From Anthoceros angustus (Eukaryota > Plantae > Anthocerotophyta), in NCBI GenBank assembly GCA_010909165.1, contig VJWM01000063.1, positions 1,178,001-1,242,000 on the forward strand: a DNA stretch of 64,000 bases. The letters are read 5' to 3'. Below are positions 11,176 through 27,147 of the stretch, in pieces; the first letter of the stretch is position 1; the number at the start of each line of letters is the position of its first letter. The translations under genes were made by a program, and so were the position numbers. The notes under the pieces are model-generated. The model was given only the letters and a program-made list of their open reading frames with translations, searched no databases and was not told the origin of the DNA.

Positions 11176-13691
11176 TCACTTCTAAAATTGTTCGACTGGC
11201 CTAGGGGCATCAAAGCTCACTTGTTTTTGGAAAGTATGCTAATTGTGGTGTCGTCTTCGTGTCCTGAAATTTGCTCAACGAGTTGTGCGATATAAAGTCC
11301 CAAACCATGTAAAAATGTTCTTGATCAATTACTGCACTTGGAGCACGACAATTGTTAACAGTACTGATAGTTAGACACGAGGCAACAAGAATCATTCCAG
11401 CTACAGACATAATATTGGCAGAAATAGTTTTCCAGCATTGACAAACCAGTTGTGAAAAATGAAAAAAGGACAAGAATTACATCCATTATAGCACCAGGAA
11501 ATCAAGACATAATACCAATAGGAAACAACAAAGCATGTCCACATCATAAAGGAGGGTACTCACATTACACCTTTAATGAAATCAATATGCACGAAAATTT
11601 TAGAAAGCATACTGAGATCCTAGGACTATAATTAAGAGGTTGCGCATTACAATGGCGCTGCAGAAATCCCTTCTGCCCCAAAAAAATGCAAAAGCCCCTC
11701 AATCCATATCATTCACTGGCTGCAATCGACCTGCAGAGGTCTGAGAACTAAATCATTGCAGGCAATTGCTACTTGGAAGTGAGCACCCTTAACGCCGAAC
11801 GTGGAACAGAGCTGGTGGTGGATGGTGCCAGCTATACTAATTGGATCATTAACGCAGTCTTAGGCACCCCAATCCCCCAATATGGTCCCTGAGACTAAGT
11901 TAATGATCCGATTAGTATAGGTGGCACCATGACTGCATCGTTCACACAGAGTAGAACGATGTAGTCATAGTGGTGGGTCCTCATGTACTAGTTACACATG
12001 CTGATGACACTCACCAAATTTGGAAGCCACAGGACATCGTTCCGTCTCGATAGAGAATGCGCAAGGAGGCAAAGACGTAGTATCCTGACAAATTGTTCCG
12101 TGGCAGATATAATCATTCTAGCGGGAGACAACGTTCTCAGTTATCCAACCCATGAAGATCTCCCCCTGCAAGGCCAGCAATATGTGCTGTTAGGGCGAGT
12201 TGACCAGCATAACACGTATTGCCACTCCTTCAGTCACGGCGTGATAGCCAATGAAGGGCCTGACGGATACGGGTTGTTTGGAGGTGATGGGACTTGTGTG
12301 CTCGATGACAACGGAGCGAGAGTGTTCTCGTATCCTAAAGATCAGTGCACGGGATGAACGTGGGGACAGTGATGGAGTGTTAAATCACTCCTGTGGTCTC
12401 TGGAGCGTAATTGTACCCATGTTTCGGATCAAATTCCTCCATGGGTTGGTGGCTTTCTGTCAGGTTTGTCCATGCTGATGGTAGTGTCACTCAACAGCAA
12501 GCAAGCACATGGTGACAGGATGGAAACATCACCAGATTGAATCCGTGTTGACCTTTGCATTTTCGTCAATGTTAAGACCCATCACAACTGTACAAAGGTC
12601 TACCCGGCCGGTGATGATCACAAGGTGGACCCATGCTGCTTGTTTCTGGGCCATGCTTGCCGTTGTTTTGCTTCATTAGGCCACTGTGATTTGACATGCT
12701 CCTTGTCCTTGCTTGTAGGTGCAGAAATAGCCAAGTGAAATCTTCCTAGAATCACATTGAGATCGAGAACATTAGACTCCAAAGACTTAGCTATAGGAAA
12801 TGAGCCTAAACACACCCGGATGGATGCTGATGTTGGAGACAAGATAACTGTATATGTTCCTTGGTTGTGAGGTGGATACCCAATGCTCTCATGGACGTGG
12901 TGATGTGAAAGTTGGAACGTCGGTATGGTCAAAAGATTATTAAAGAAGTGAAGTGAAAACTAGATCAATGTGTGTTTGAGGAATTGATATAAAAATAATA
13001 AATAAAACTAAAAAGGATAATAGAAATAATCTCCATTTATTTCAAGTACTAGGTGTAGACTTATGTCCTTCCACTTCCAACAAGAAAAACAGATTGAACG
13101 CTTTGGCGACCACGACGAATAGGTACGCCCACAACCACTGAATTTGAATGGGTGGGTCCGTGTGGTTATTGTATAACACATCATACAACCCTAATAAATC
13201 CCTGCATTGCAGCTGGGCCCAGGCTGCAGGCCCACACATGTACGTACGGTGTCGACATTGGTGTTGGCGCTGGCAGCAGGGTCACAAGTTGCAACGTTAT
13301 TGTTGGCGCTGGCAGCTTCTAATAGCGAACGACTTAAATCGATTTCGCGTAGCTCTTGTCTTATCACGCAACCCGCGCGGTCTCCACTGTCTCCCGTACG
13401 CCTGAAACTGACTGGTGCGCAGCAGGGACACACCACCCTCCTCCGAGGCGCAGCTGAAGCCCCTCGCCATTGGTGAACGTAAGCCTGCGGCGGACACGTT
13501 CAAATGTTTTGCTTCGCAAGTTGGAACTCACTGTCTGATCCTGATGAGGCATCTGCAATCCTGAGCAGGCCTGGAATAGAATTCTTCTCTGGCTTCCGAA
13601 ATTTTGCAAGGATGAGGCCGCATCACGCGGGAAGCACGACGAAGCCTGAGGCCTACTTGGCACTGCGCCGCATGTAGAGCTTGCGTCTGTC

Positions 13692-16600
13692 ATGGCTTCT
13701 TCTCTCACAGACAGACTGCAGGCAGCTGCAGAATGTTGCTGCAAGCAGGTGAGGGGCCGGGATTCTGGTTTCTGTTGCCGCTCGGAGGAGTGCAGAAGGA
13801 GGTTGCTTTTGCTGGTCTGGAAAAATGAAGCTTTGGCGGGTCCTGCTGCTGACGAGGTTGGTGATTGGGGATTGCAGGTTGTGGAGTGCGAGGAATCTGC
13901 TGCAGCCGCTATGGAGTTCATCAATATTCTGGGGACTCCCGTTCCAGGGGAGCAGATAGAAGACTTGGACGACATGGTACCTGAGAAGCGGGAACAATGT
14001 GAATGCCTGTTGCAGCTATGCCAGACTCTGCTTGATCCTTCGACCACTGACGGGCAGGTCGGAGTTGCACCTTCGCTGTGATTACTTGCCTCTTTCTCTG
14101 GTTGACTTGCCGATGACAGACAGGTGTTGGATGCAGATTCTTCTTGAGCGGATTGGATGGGAATTGCCCCAGGTGCTGGTGAGCTACAGCCGGATATCTG
14201 ACCGTTGTAGGGAATTATCAGCGGCGATAATCTATGGGCTGGCGAGTACAAGCAGCCCTCGGGAACTCCTGGTTTTGTTTATGGAGGTATGGTCATCTGA
14301 ATGAAGTGCTGAATCTTGAAGAATGTGGGCATTTGGAATCGGCTGTTTACGGCTGGGATAATGGTGGATGACATGGGTGTCTGTTTACTTCAGGCACTGA
14401 ACATGGACGCATCTCTTCAGAACGTCTTCTTTTGTCGCTCAATCATACATGGGTTGGGCATCGGTAAGTGCTTGCCAACCCTGTTTCTTAATCTTTGTGG
14501 GCTGGTACATACTTATACAGGGCATGTGACACGCCTGTACGCACCTTGCCGTCTGCTGTGATGTATATGCAGTGTTCTCTCGAGTACAGAAGCGGCACAT
14601 TGACTACTTCCGAGATATTATGCAAGGTCTCTTGAGAGTTGCTAAGCATGCAGTACTGCAGCTAGATGAGTTAATGGCGATTTCACATATGAGTAGCCTG
14701 GCCCTTGGGAGGGAGAAGGTGCCCGAGAAAGGGAAAGACCAGAAACTGTTAGAGGAGATTGATGAAGGAGAAGTAGAGTTCATCAAAGAGTATGTGCTGC
14801 TTGCGAAAATTATAGGAGAAGGATACTCGAGAGTTTTGAGAGTAAGTGACCCTCACCTGAGGCGTTATGTTAAGGTTTCCTGCTATGCCATTCTAGAGTG
14901 CTCCGATGATCCTTTGTGAAAGAGCTGGAGACTGAGATTTGCAACTCTTGCTGGGCAGGGTGAAGAGCAGCTGCAGCGGGCTCACAACACGCTTGGGCTA
15001 TTTGTTTTGCAACTTCTGGTCTGCTTCCTTTTCCCTTGGAGGTTGCTCCATTCTCCCATTCAAATCTAGCAGGTGATGTGGTAAAAGAGGCTGCCTGCAG
15101 TCTGTAAGCGTAACTGCTGGTTTCCTTATATCTACAGGGGATCGCATCCAGTGGTCTCAAGTTTGCTGTGCCATCCCCAAAAGCACTGAATCTATTGGTT
15201 GAAATGGCACGGCTGTTGCATTCTTGCGGGCTTTCATTCACGACACTGTTGGCAGGCAATCAGATATTGTATATGGTTTATTCATGCCATGGTAAGCCAG
15301 CCGTGGGCCTTGTAGATATTCACTCCTCTTCTAATGCCCAGATGCTGAATTTTGCTTTTGTGGTGGGTTTGCAGAAGATGGCAACACTGAGAACATGACA
15401 GAGCAGGATGGTAATTCTCTTTCAACCTTCAAACTCCAGAAGAAAGGAAGTGCAATCTTCTTGACAGTGTTCCGTTCTGGTCTTCAGAGGGTGAGCACCC
15501 AGATTTTGATGACGTGTTGGAGACAAAACGAGGAGCTGCTTTAGCTGGTAGTCCAATCCTCTCTTCTCTCAGATCTTCCTGAAGTGACACTCTTAACGCT
15601 CTTGCCTGTTGTCAAGGGAGGGCTAGTTTGTTTCTTGGTTGTCACCTCCTGTTGCCATGAACTTTGTGTTAACATGTGTATTTGGGGCCAGAGCAGTGTA
15701 CTGGGGACTCAAGTATGAAGAAGTGGCCAATGCTTTTGGTGAATCCCTAGTGCTCTCTGATCAAATTTCTTCTGGGAATGCTTTCCTCGAAGCTTTCAAC
15801 CTTGCTAGTACTCTGTTCGTATCGAACACAAAGGAAATTTCATATCAGCTTGGAGAGAAAGGTGTTTCTCTAATGCAAAGCCTTCTTCACGATAGAAAAG
15901 TGACATGGAGTAAGAGTGAAGAAGATGATTGGTCAACCATCACTGTCCACGTCATGCCAGCTTTGCAGGTTGCTATTGAGCTTATTTTGCTGGAAGGCTT
16001 GTCCCTCATGTGATTGGTGTCTCATTCTGTGGTTCTGGACACCCAGTTGCTTCAATCTGCTATCGTGACTGCTGGCAAACAAGATTTTCGCCAACAATCC
16101 TTCACTGTGCTCCTAAAGGTATCATCGTGTTGAAAATTCCGTAGGCTTGGGTGACGGATCTTTCTCATCGTGTCGCCCACTTCAGCACACATATTGCTCG
16201 TATTCTTATGTCATTCTGTTACCAGGTTATCAAGGAAATACTCCCTGAACAGGCAAGATATGAAGCTCTGAAAGCTTTGATTGCTACTAGTGCATATCCG
16301 TCCATGGTAAGTGCATGGTAGATGCACTCTCATTTCAGTTCAAGTTTGGTGGAAATGCTGAGTCATTGGTTATTGGGTTGTTCCGTTAATATCATGCATT
16401 CTAGTTCATACCTTGTTGTTTTACCTGCAGGTCTCGTTGTTATTAACTGCTCTGAAAGACGAAATCCAGCGGTCGTGGCCGACAGAGGAAGCTCCGGGTT
16501 CATCAGCAAGAGGAGAAGCGGGGCTCCAGTTGTCGCCCTTTGTAAATAACGAAGTTCTCGAATTGCTTGAGAATGTGTTCCTGTCTGCCGGAAAGGCGAT

Positions 16601-17102
16601 ATTGAGCTCTCCGGGCTACATAGATTCTGTAATATTCCGTGATCCTCACGAGTCGCTCGTCACCTCGTTTGTTCTTGCCGTCATGGACTTGAATTCTAGT
16701 TGTCATCTATCTCTAACAACCTGGAGGTTTCATGCTGCAGGTTTTGAGCGCCATGAATGTACTTCGATTTTTGCTCCTAAAAGAAACAACAGGTGTGCCT
16801 ATTATAACTCTCGGTCGAAAGTTTTTGTTTGGCATCTCGGTGCCTTAAAGCCTCTGTTCTTACTGTCGACTGCTCTATGTGTAGGGAAGTCAAATTTCAC
16901 CGGTGTCCGCAGCAAAGACGAGCTTACAGCAATACGACAAAAATGGCTGCTGCCCTTGCGTGAAGTCCTCGGTTCGCTTCAGCTCAGCTTAGAGAAAGGG
17001 GACTCCGTAGAGGAACTTACACTCCAGCTAGATATTCTATTGGGCGTTCTTCATCGGTGTCTTGAACTTGTTGACGCAGCCTTGAGCACCCCAGGTGTTT
17101 AA
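13692..17102 (+). CDS. ALF4: ABERRANT LATERAL ROOT FORMATION 4 / glomulin-like RBX1-binding cullin-RING ligase regulator, multi-exon
   Basis: Exons give LERIGWELPQVL, SSPRELLVLFME, IIHGLG-VFSRVQKRH, SPFVNNEVLELLENVF, VLSAMNVLRFLLLKE and GKSNFTGVRSKDELTAIRQKWLLPLRE; GT-AG introns; some exon boundaries are uncertain. Confidence 0.8.
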
Positions 17103-17357
17103 GGGCCTCTCGGTGGCATGTACAGTAGTTAGGTAGGTGACAGTCGCAAGTCTGAAATTCGTGATTCTTCCTGCTGCGAGCTGTATTATCGTTCATTTAT
17201 GCAGTTTGCCGATCCGACGGCTATGAACAATCTTCGTATGTAGGGTTAGTTTCCGGTTTAACGGAGACAGACGCGTGAATCCGTGCAGCTTCACAGACGA
17301 GTGCTTGGGATGTCTGAGTGCGGCTTCACGTGTCGTTTATACACCTAAGCAGTAGAG

Positions 17358-18214
17358 ATGCAGGGTTTCAGAGAGCTTGGGAAATTAGTCGGCGTGGTCT
17401 CCCGCCGCAACAACAATGCGGCCCGCTCGCCGCTACCGGACTCAAGACACACCAGCGTCCCCCAGCTTCATCGTATTGCGGCCCTATCACGGCATTTAGC
17501 ATCCCTGACTCGCGTCTCGCTCTCTCCCCGTGTTTATCCTGGTGGGGATGGCGACGTTTGGGTAGGGCATGGTCTTGTCTTCCATTAACGAAGGATACCT
17601 GCTTGTGTGGACCTTGGATTTCTGACTGTAATGATTTGTGAAAATTCCTGGTGTTGGCGCAGAATGAAGAGTACAATGCTCGAACGAAAGAGCCGAGTTA
17701 CTATGAGGAACGATTCGGGAACTGGCTAGTAGACGATGTTGTCACAGGTAGAGGTGCTGAGAGATCAGCACCGGCGAGGGGTTCCAGGAAGGAGACAGCG
17801 GCACCGTTGGCTAGGGGTTCCAAGAAAGACAGCACATCGCCGAGAAAGGGTTCTAAGAAGAAGGAAAGGCCTCACCACAAATCCTTCAGACTTCGCACAG
17901 AGAAGTATATGCAACCTTTCATGCTCGACGTTTACTTCTCCAAGAGATTCATAACTGCGTCCATCATGCACAGGGTCACGAGTAGGGTCGTGGCTGTGTG
18001 TAACACGAACAACAAGGAGTTCAGGGGGCGCCTTAGATCTTACTGTGATATTAGCGCTTGCAAGCTGGTGGCCGAGAAAGTGGCAGAAAGAGCCATAGAG
18101 GCTGATGTCTACGCTGTGGTTTATGAGCCGCGGAAGCAGGAGAAGTTTGAAGGCAAACTTAAGACTTTAGTGGACGCTGTTGGAGCGAACGGCATTCACT
18201 TGTACTTACCGTGA
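17358..18214 (+). CDS. Organelle-targeted ribosomal protein uL18-like (L18p/L5e family; At1g08845/uL18-L1-like), 2 exons (17358-17561, 17663-18214)
   Basis: Arg/Ser-rich transit-like exon 1, phase-0 GT-AG intron, C-terminal PFMLDVYFSKRFITASIMHRVTSRVVAV...AERAIEADVYAVVYEPRKQEKFEGK. Confidence 0.85.
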
Positions 18215-18436
18215 AAAATTCGAAAGTTATGTCAATTCTCAACAAAACTTTTTGATTAGGAGCCCGTCACCTCACAGGAAAGAGGGTCTTTCGAGAAAAA
18301 GTGTGATCCGGGCCCCGACTTAAGTGCCCATCTCGCCAGACTGTCCAACAAACGAGTAATTTGCCAAAAAGCGAGCCAGCTAATACCCCCATTGAAGTAC
18401 GGTAGCTTCCAATCCTAGCACGCATTCCAGCTCCCT

Positions 18437-20493
<2,057 letters not shown>

Positions 20494-21247
20494 GGCTGCC
20501 GGTTGTGCTGCAACAAGCTGGAGAGCAGGCTGGAGGAGGGCAGAGAAGAAAGAAAGGAGCACGGAAACAGGAAGAAGATTGCGAGAAGGCGCCTTATCAG
20601 ACAGTCCCTGTAGACACAACAAGCTGCTGAGAGAGAGCAAGCGGCCGAAGGGCCAAGTTGGCAAAACTGGCACATCTCCCGTCAGCAAACACTTGGGTGA
20701 CCCAGTGACCAGCGTGGCGCGATGGTTCGTGAAAGCCGGGTTTTCGCCGCATGCATTATCGCCCCCGACAATTTCGCCTGGATCAGAGCAGGGAGACTCT
20801 CATCGTTTGTTCCGCGCGTGAAGCAGGTGCATCCTGAAGGCATGTAATCCGCATGGTATCCCGTAGTAGTCTAATGAGCCGGCAATGCCAAACGCCTCAC
20901 CGTTTGAAAGCCTGCGGAAGACTCGAGGCTGTGAGAGAGATGTACTATATAAAGCTTAGGCAATTCCATCGTTCACAACACCATCACAAGACAGAGCCAA
21001 GCTTGAGCAGAATGCGCATTACTAGATAATGCTAAAGACATACATCCCCGTGGTCAGATAGCGTTGTGAGCCATCCTCATGAGCGTCTGTCTCTGCTGCA
21101 ACAGAAGCCCCACTCTGCGTCCAATCCAGAACAGAAACAGAAACACAGGACAGCAACGGATGCAATGGGAAGGCTGTGGGCCAAATTTTCCCGATGCACA
21201 CCCTCGGCTGCCAAAGAGATGCTACCAAAACTGTTGTCCAGGCAGTG

Positions 21248-22116
21248 CTAACAAGGAACCCTTCTGTAGAAGGTGGAGAGGCCAGCAGCATATGCTGGCC
21301 CTTCCCCATCCTGCGGGTGCTGAGGAGTCCTTGCATGCAGCGTCCCGGCAGGCCTTGCCCACGGATAGTAAAGAGCCCATCCGCTCTCAACAGTCCAACG
21401 CAAAGCAGGCCGCAGGTCTTCAGGCCGAGCAAAATTCTGCTCCCATGGCTTGTCTTCCCCGAGTGGTGCCGCTGCCTGTCGCACCTGCAGCCCGTGCCCT
21501 AACGTTCGTTACTGAGCACACTGATGCTCCTCCTAAGATGCCGGTGGCAAACGAAGCTGTACATGCGCATACTCCATAAACATGCAAGTACGCATAACCA
21601 TACCTGCACCCTTCCGTCGTCGGTTGTTCCGACGACGGTAACCTTCCACCAGATGTCATCTTGCCGCCATTCCGCCTTGTCCCCTCGCTTCCAAGGAATC
21701 TCGCTGCAAACCACGCCCAGGGCTTGCATGAGCGGCAGGGGGCGACACATCAAGAAGTTGCGTGTGTTCGGCATCCCAGGTATCGCCTGGTACAGCCGTA
21801 TCCATTCCAAGCCTGCGCATGCGGAGGTGAGCGAAATGTTAGGCTAAGCAACGCAAGCAGTTGAAAAGCACAGAAACCAGGTAGAGAAGCGGCACAGGCG
21901 CAGGCTGCTGCACAGAAAATTGCCTTCGCCGGGGAAGTCAAGGTACTGGATCTGCAACGCGACTTCACCATCGTCCTCCACCTCGATGTCCACAACCTTG
22001 CTCCTGAACCAGCCGCCCCGATAACCCTCCTGATGCGTCAAAGCTTCGATGATCTGTCCGACGCGGAAGGGACAGATCCGCCTGGAGGACATCGCTGCAT
22101 CGACAAACAAGGCCAT
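21248..22116 (-). CDS. Agenet / plant Tudor-like domain protein, 3 exons (22116-21924, 21812-21604, 21484-21248)
   Basis: FRVGQIIEA...GYRGGWFRSKV, LMCRP, WKRGDKAEWRQDDIWWKVTV and DLRPALRWTVESGW are tandem Agenet hallmarks. Confidence 0.75.
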
Positions 22117-25074
22117 CGAATCTTAGAATCCGGTGCTCTAAACCTTTCCAAGTTCTACAAAAATCGCATCCCCCGCACGCACACAACAGCAGCTACAAAG
22201 AGGAGCAGGCGCATAAAAAAACCGACCTCGTCGCACCTAGCAGCTGCGGCAGAGATCCAGCACCAGTCGGGGGAGCAGAAGGAGAGCGGGGATCCTTCCC
22301 ACCCGGCGTGCGTGCGCGGGGGAGTGCGACATGTGGTAGGGCTCCTGCCGGCGGAAACCACGGCGCTCCCCGCCGCTTGCAATCACGACGAGCTGCAATT
22401 GGCGCCGCAGCTCCCTGCTCTCCCAGGCAGGCAAATTCGGCATGCAACAGGCGAGAGTGAGGGATTGCAGGAGGAGGGAGTTCCCGCGCGCTGGGCAAAT
22501 GCAGGCAAGCGGGAAGCAAAGCCACAGCGGAGGCGGAGGCAAGAGCAGGGGCAGGAAGAGGCGGCAGCAATTGCGGGAGCCTGCGACTAATTGCGGGAGG
22601 CATGCATGTGATCCGATTCGGGCATTGTGCGGCACGCAGAGCGCGAGCGAGCGGGGCCTAGGCAGCAGTAATGGCAATGCGAGGGCGATGGGAGACGGAC
22701 GACGCACCTGCGGGCCTGCTGCACGGCATTGATCGGAATCCTCACCCCAAGACGCGGTGGTGGTCGACCAGGCAGGAGCAACTTGGCGCTTGCGCTTAGC
22801 TCACTTGCAAGCGCGGGAGACAACGGCACCAAGACATATCGTGTGGCTTCGCCTTCACGCTCCACCCGCCTCCGACCGGTCGTACGGCCCACGTCCCGAC
22901 CCAGCTCGCCGCTGAACTGCCACGGCCCACCACTCACTCCCCGTTTCCCTATATGTATTGTCCTCGCCTTCGCTTGTTGGTTGAAGCGCCGGCCCAGACC
23001 GGCTCAACCTTCACGCCCGCATATAACTATTCCAACTTCCATATGCGTAACCAACACAAAGAAGTTAGCTAGCTCGCCTTTCTTAACCCCTAAGTATTTT
23101 CAGAGTGTTTGAAGCTAAGCAATCTTAGAAATTATTGTATTATATCCTCTCTTCTTCTTCTTTTTTTCTTTTGACTCCATCGCAATCACCGCCATGGTCA
23201 CCCTACCTTCCCTCCCCCTTTGATGGTCTTCCAACATGCTTATATTTCGCAACCGAAAATAAACTATTTCAATTGTCCATCGAAAATAGATGGAGAGCAT
23301 CCATAGGATGAATCATTTGGTTGTATGGGCAAACACACACTCACCCTAGCTACACATTGCCATCCCTTACCATACCGCCTCACAAAATGGAAAGTAGACC
23401 TAAGAAACTTTTTGAATGCATCTGCCATAAACTCCAAAATAGCTATCACATGTATAGACAGCTATCACATGTATCACAGCTATCACATGTATGTGATAAA
23501 CTCCGAAGACCCATATATAAAGTACTAATAATGAAATGTTGTCAAAAACAAAAATCCCATTTCTAATTACCATGAACCCGTGAATCCGTCTTCAAGTTTG
23601 GCCCCATTCATGAATAACAGCTTCTCTGTAAAAGAAAGCATCATACCTACCTATAGCGCGATGGACCAAACGTAATTTGCGAGTTTCTTACCTTTGAAGG
23701 ATGCAAGTCTTCTTCCAACGTGTAATGGAACCTTAAATTGCTTTTTTCGAGAAAAAACATCATGTAGTAAAATCCTTGGAGAGAGCTACAACGTTCCTAA
23801 AACTCCACGAGCATAAAACAGTGCTAAGCCCCATAAACGTGAAAAGCAAATAGTAGCCCCAAATTAATTTGATCGCGCTTCCTCACGCCAACTAAGCCTC
23901 TCACCTATACAACTCTCAGTTGCCAGCGCTTCTCTAGAGAATGCAAGCTACGATGACAGTTGTGAAGCATTGGACCAACCAAAGCAACTTGAGGATTGCA
24001 AGGCCTTTGAACAAAGGCCCTTGATTTCAAGAACAGGTTTGTGACAAGGAACAATATTTTATTTGCCTTCTTTGTGTCCTCCAAGAAGGGATGCCTTCTT
24101 TGTATCCTCCAATAAGAAATGGCTTCTTTGTGTCCTTCAATACGAAATGTCTTCTTTGTGTCCTTTGATAAGAAATGGTGGGCTTGGTGCTGTGGCTTTA
24201 CTAATATGGAGGAATACGTTGTGCGTTATTTTTGCCTCTTTTTTATGAGTTAGTACTTTTATTAATAACTAGTTAAATAAAAAATTGGATCATCATGGTC
24301 TAAACCTCACAAATAGCAACATTCTTATTTCTACATACGCATGTGCTTTCAAAAATAGCAATTCATGTCTATGCTCAAACACTAATTTTCAAGTTGGCTC
24401 CAACCAAGATGCCTATGATCATGATCTTTATTTATGATTGGGAAACTCTCGCACTTCCGAATTCATCCGAGAGAGTCCAATATGTCTAAATACTAGGATG
24501 GGAATTCAAGAGGAGGGTACAATATAATTGAAAAGAGAAAAGAGAAAATTAATTAGGAAAAATAATGATGTATAAATGTTTGTGCATGCTACATTATTAT
24601 GAAATGCACGGTTGCAAATAATTTGTCTGCTGAATTTTTTTTTTTCAGCAATCAATCTCTGTACATTTGGGGGTAAAGTGATGTGGACGAGAGTGGAGTA
24701 CCTAATCTTGCAGCATTCCATGTTGCTTTCCCTTGGCCGTAAGCAGGAGGCCAGCTAGGGTAACCCTATTTTTTCGTTTCGTACAGCCGAACAGAGAAGA
24801 CAACATCCGAACGAAACGTGAGTATCTGAAGCATCTTATCCAATTATCCAATCCATGGAGTAGCGCCCCTTACTATGCAACCAGCAAAGAAGCGGCAAGT
24901 GCTGACCTCCCAACAATCTAGGACCTCGTGAATAGGACTCCACATAGGGACTTGCACAACTCTCAACGTTCTCAATATAACGACGTAGCACTAGGCTCCA
25001 AGTAGCCCGCCATCAACTGACGACTCGAGGTGCTGCTCTTTATTCACAGAATACACATTTGAGTTTGGATATCT

Positions 25075-25615
25075 GAGGCATGTGGATGTATGCATGCATA
25101 TGTATGCATGTCTGGATGGTATGGGTGATCTGTGGATGATATGTGCCATGTATGATCTATGTGCATGTGTATATTGCATAAGAGAATTATTGTCATTGGT
25201 AAATAGGTAGGTTATTTATAGACAAAACCCTAAAAATTATAAAAGCAACAAAGGGAAAGGCTAGGTCAAAGGCCAAGGAAATAATTATTATTTCCAAGGC
25301 CAAGGACTTTTTATGCTTTATATTCATGCGCATGTGGAAAATTATTATCGAGCTCAAGAGCACACACCAACGGGAGATGGCAGCACTCAAGGCTATATAT
25401 GTGGAGCTCTGCTCTAGAACAATTTAGATTGTTTATGTTTTTCTAGTAAAGAGACGGCCATACTTCGTCCCTACACCATCTTGCCTTCTTCTTGCATCTT
25501 TGTTGGGCCACATTGTTGGGCACAAGTCACAAATTTGTGTCACGTTTTTCTTGTTCGTGGGCCTTAGGCTCTTGTAGAGATGTTTGCCCCTCACCAGGTC
25601 TGTAAGTTTGTGACC
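25075..25615. mobile_element. Probable degenerate solo-LTR-like relic, architecturally similar to 37130-37730
   Basis: Same order of ATGCATG-rich tract, AT-rich tract, GGCTATATATGT TATA-like motif and CTTGCATCTT(T)GTTGGG in both regions; termini not resolved. Confidence 0.35.
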
Positions 25616-25869
25616 TAATCCTTTATGCCTCTAGGTAGAGCCTTCATGGCTGTGTGGCATCGATAGCTCTGCTGCTTGGCAGCGTGACACACTTCTCTCT
25701 GTGCCAAGAATTCAACACTTTCCCGTAGTCCATGAAGTTTGTGCTGAACCAAGATGACATAATCCGTCCGGTTCATATCCTCATTCTCTTTCGAAATCAC
25801 AAAAGGTTTTAGCAAAGAGACAATCCAGACTCCTCCAAACCATTTCGAGGCAATGCTCGTGGTCACTAT

Positions 25870-26270
25870 GCCCAGACTAGAGGAATCTTTAGCAGTGCAG
25901 GCAGAGGAGCTGCCAAGAACACTAGCGGAAACGCTTCAATTTCCTTGGGGGAACATTGTTTCCACGTAGAGGCTTCACGTGTTGGGGGTGCTAGTGGGAC
26001 CCCCGGACTCTATTTAGGGTTTTTTCGATGCTGATTTGGAGGAGGACTTGGCCCACATCGGCGGTCTCTCTCAGTCAAGGGTGGCATTCGGCATCCTTTC
26101 TTCCTGCTTCGCACGTCGGCCAGGATATCTCACCAGAACCATTCCTCCCTCCCTAGTTTTTCCATCAAGCTTGGGAAAGGTCGATAAATAGGTTATACAT
26201 GCGCTCGGGGACATAATTGGGCCTGGCACCTTCGAGTGTGCCGCATCGGGTCTGGCGAGGCGGTCTAACT
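25870..26270 (+). mobile_element. CRE-like (RLE-type) non-LTR retrotransposon, post-RT thumb fragment
   Basis: Translates GLHVLGVLVGPP...DLEEDLAHIGGLSQSRVAFGILSSCFARRPGYLTRTIPP, matching the LGxPxG ... LLxxC...YLLR pattern. Confidence 0.65.
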
Positions 26271-26312
26271 AGGCATGGTCTTGCTAAGGTCTGGTTGGAC
26301 AAACGAGCAGAC

Positions 26313-26495
26313 TGTCGAAGGGGTAACCCTACACTAGTCAACCTATGGATACATATTAGGGTTATATGTTAGACCTAAATCAATGGTACTTAAGAGACAA
26401 TTTTGTTCATTATTCTTTAATCAATACATTTGGTAGCATGTACGCACAAGGCTCTCGCTCTCCGGCTCTCACCTTCTGCTACCCCCAAAATCACA
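26313..26495 (+). repeat. 5' LTR of the Copia element
   Basis: TGTCGAAGGGG...AAAATCACA; one substitution seen versus the 3' LTR. Confidence 0.97.
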
Positions 26496-26507
26496 TGGTA
26501 TCAGAGC
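26496..26507 (+). promoter_or_regulatory. Primer-binding site complementary to initiator tRNA-Met
   Basis: TGGTATCAGAGC immediately after the 5' LTR. Confidence 0.95.
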
Positions 26508-26543
26508 CTGTAAGGTTCTGATGCTCTATTCTCGTTGCTAATT

Positions 26544-27147
26544 ATGCCTCGGCGCGGCGGTTCTGTTGGTCAGGGGCGTGGCTCGCGTTTCTATCGATGC
26601 GATAACCTACATCAAGCTCCTAGGACAGTCCCAGCCGAGACCAACGCCTTGGCATATTCTCTTGTGGGAAGGACCTGGCTCCACGACCCGAATTGGTCTA
26701 GGGACAGGGAGCGCGCTGAACTGCTTCGGCAACTCCACCAACGGGATTCTCAGATTCGGGATTATCAGGCTCGGGATCGATTCTACAGAGACGGAGGAAG
26801 GAGTGCGGCGGAAGCTCACTGCCCCGAGCCACACTGCAGGCGCCAAGACAGTGCACCACGAGGATTCTACTCCTCCTCCCGGTGAAGACACTCTTCGAGA
26901 TTTCCACAGCGACGCTGCTTCCAGCCGATTCAACGCTGCACTCAAGGAGATTCTCACCACAGCAGAATCCCTCCACACGAGAATTCTTGTCAACAATATG
27001 CAAACTCAAGCAAGTTTTGATGCGCTCAACGAGAAATTGACAAATAAGATCAAGGAAATCACGGATCACCTGCGCAGATTGGAGATTATTACCCCCAACA
27101 TCCAGCAGGCTCCAATGTTTCCCGATCACCCACCTTCCGCTGCCTGA
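26544..27147 (+). CDS. Extra ORF(s) upstream of gag in the Copia element: a 113-aa Arg-rich ORF overlapping a coiled-coil-like frame
   Basis: ATG 36 bp after the PBS; overlapping frame ends FDALNEKLTNKIKEITDHLRRLE...; no family recognised. Confidence 0.4.

Noticed and set aside
11640-12930. Possible decayed long ORF on the minus strand, including one LRR-like LYLPRNNLSG string in another frame
   Set aside because: About 11 stops in about 340 codons is not clearly below chance, and no family was recognised; left unassigned pending a profile search
13364-14251. 295-aa minus-strand ORF
   Set aside because: Ser-rich antisense of ALF4 exons 1-3 with no domain
22033-23112. Cluster of overlapping GC-rich ORFs
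   Set aside because: High-GC leader or promoter of the Agenet gene; no motifs, and several frames are open because stops are rare
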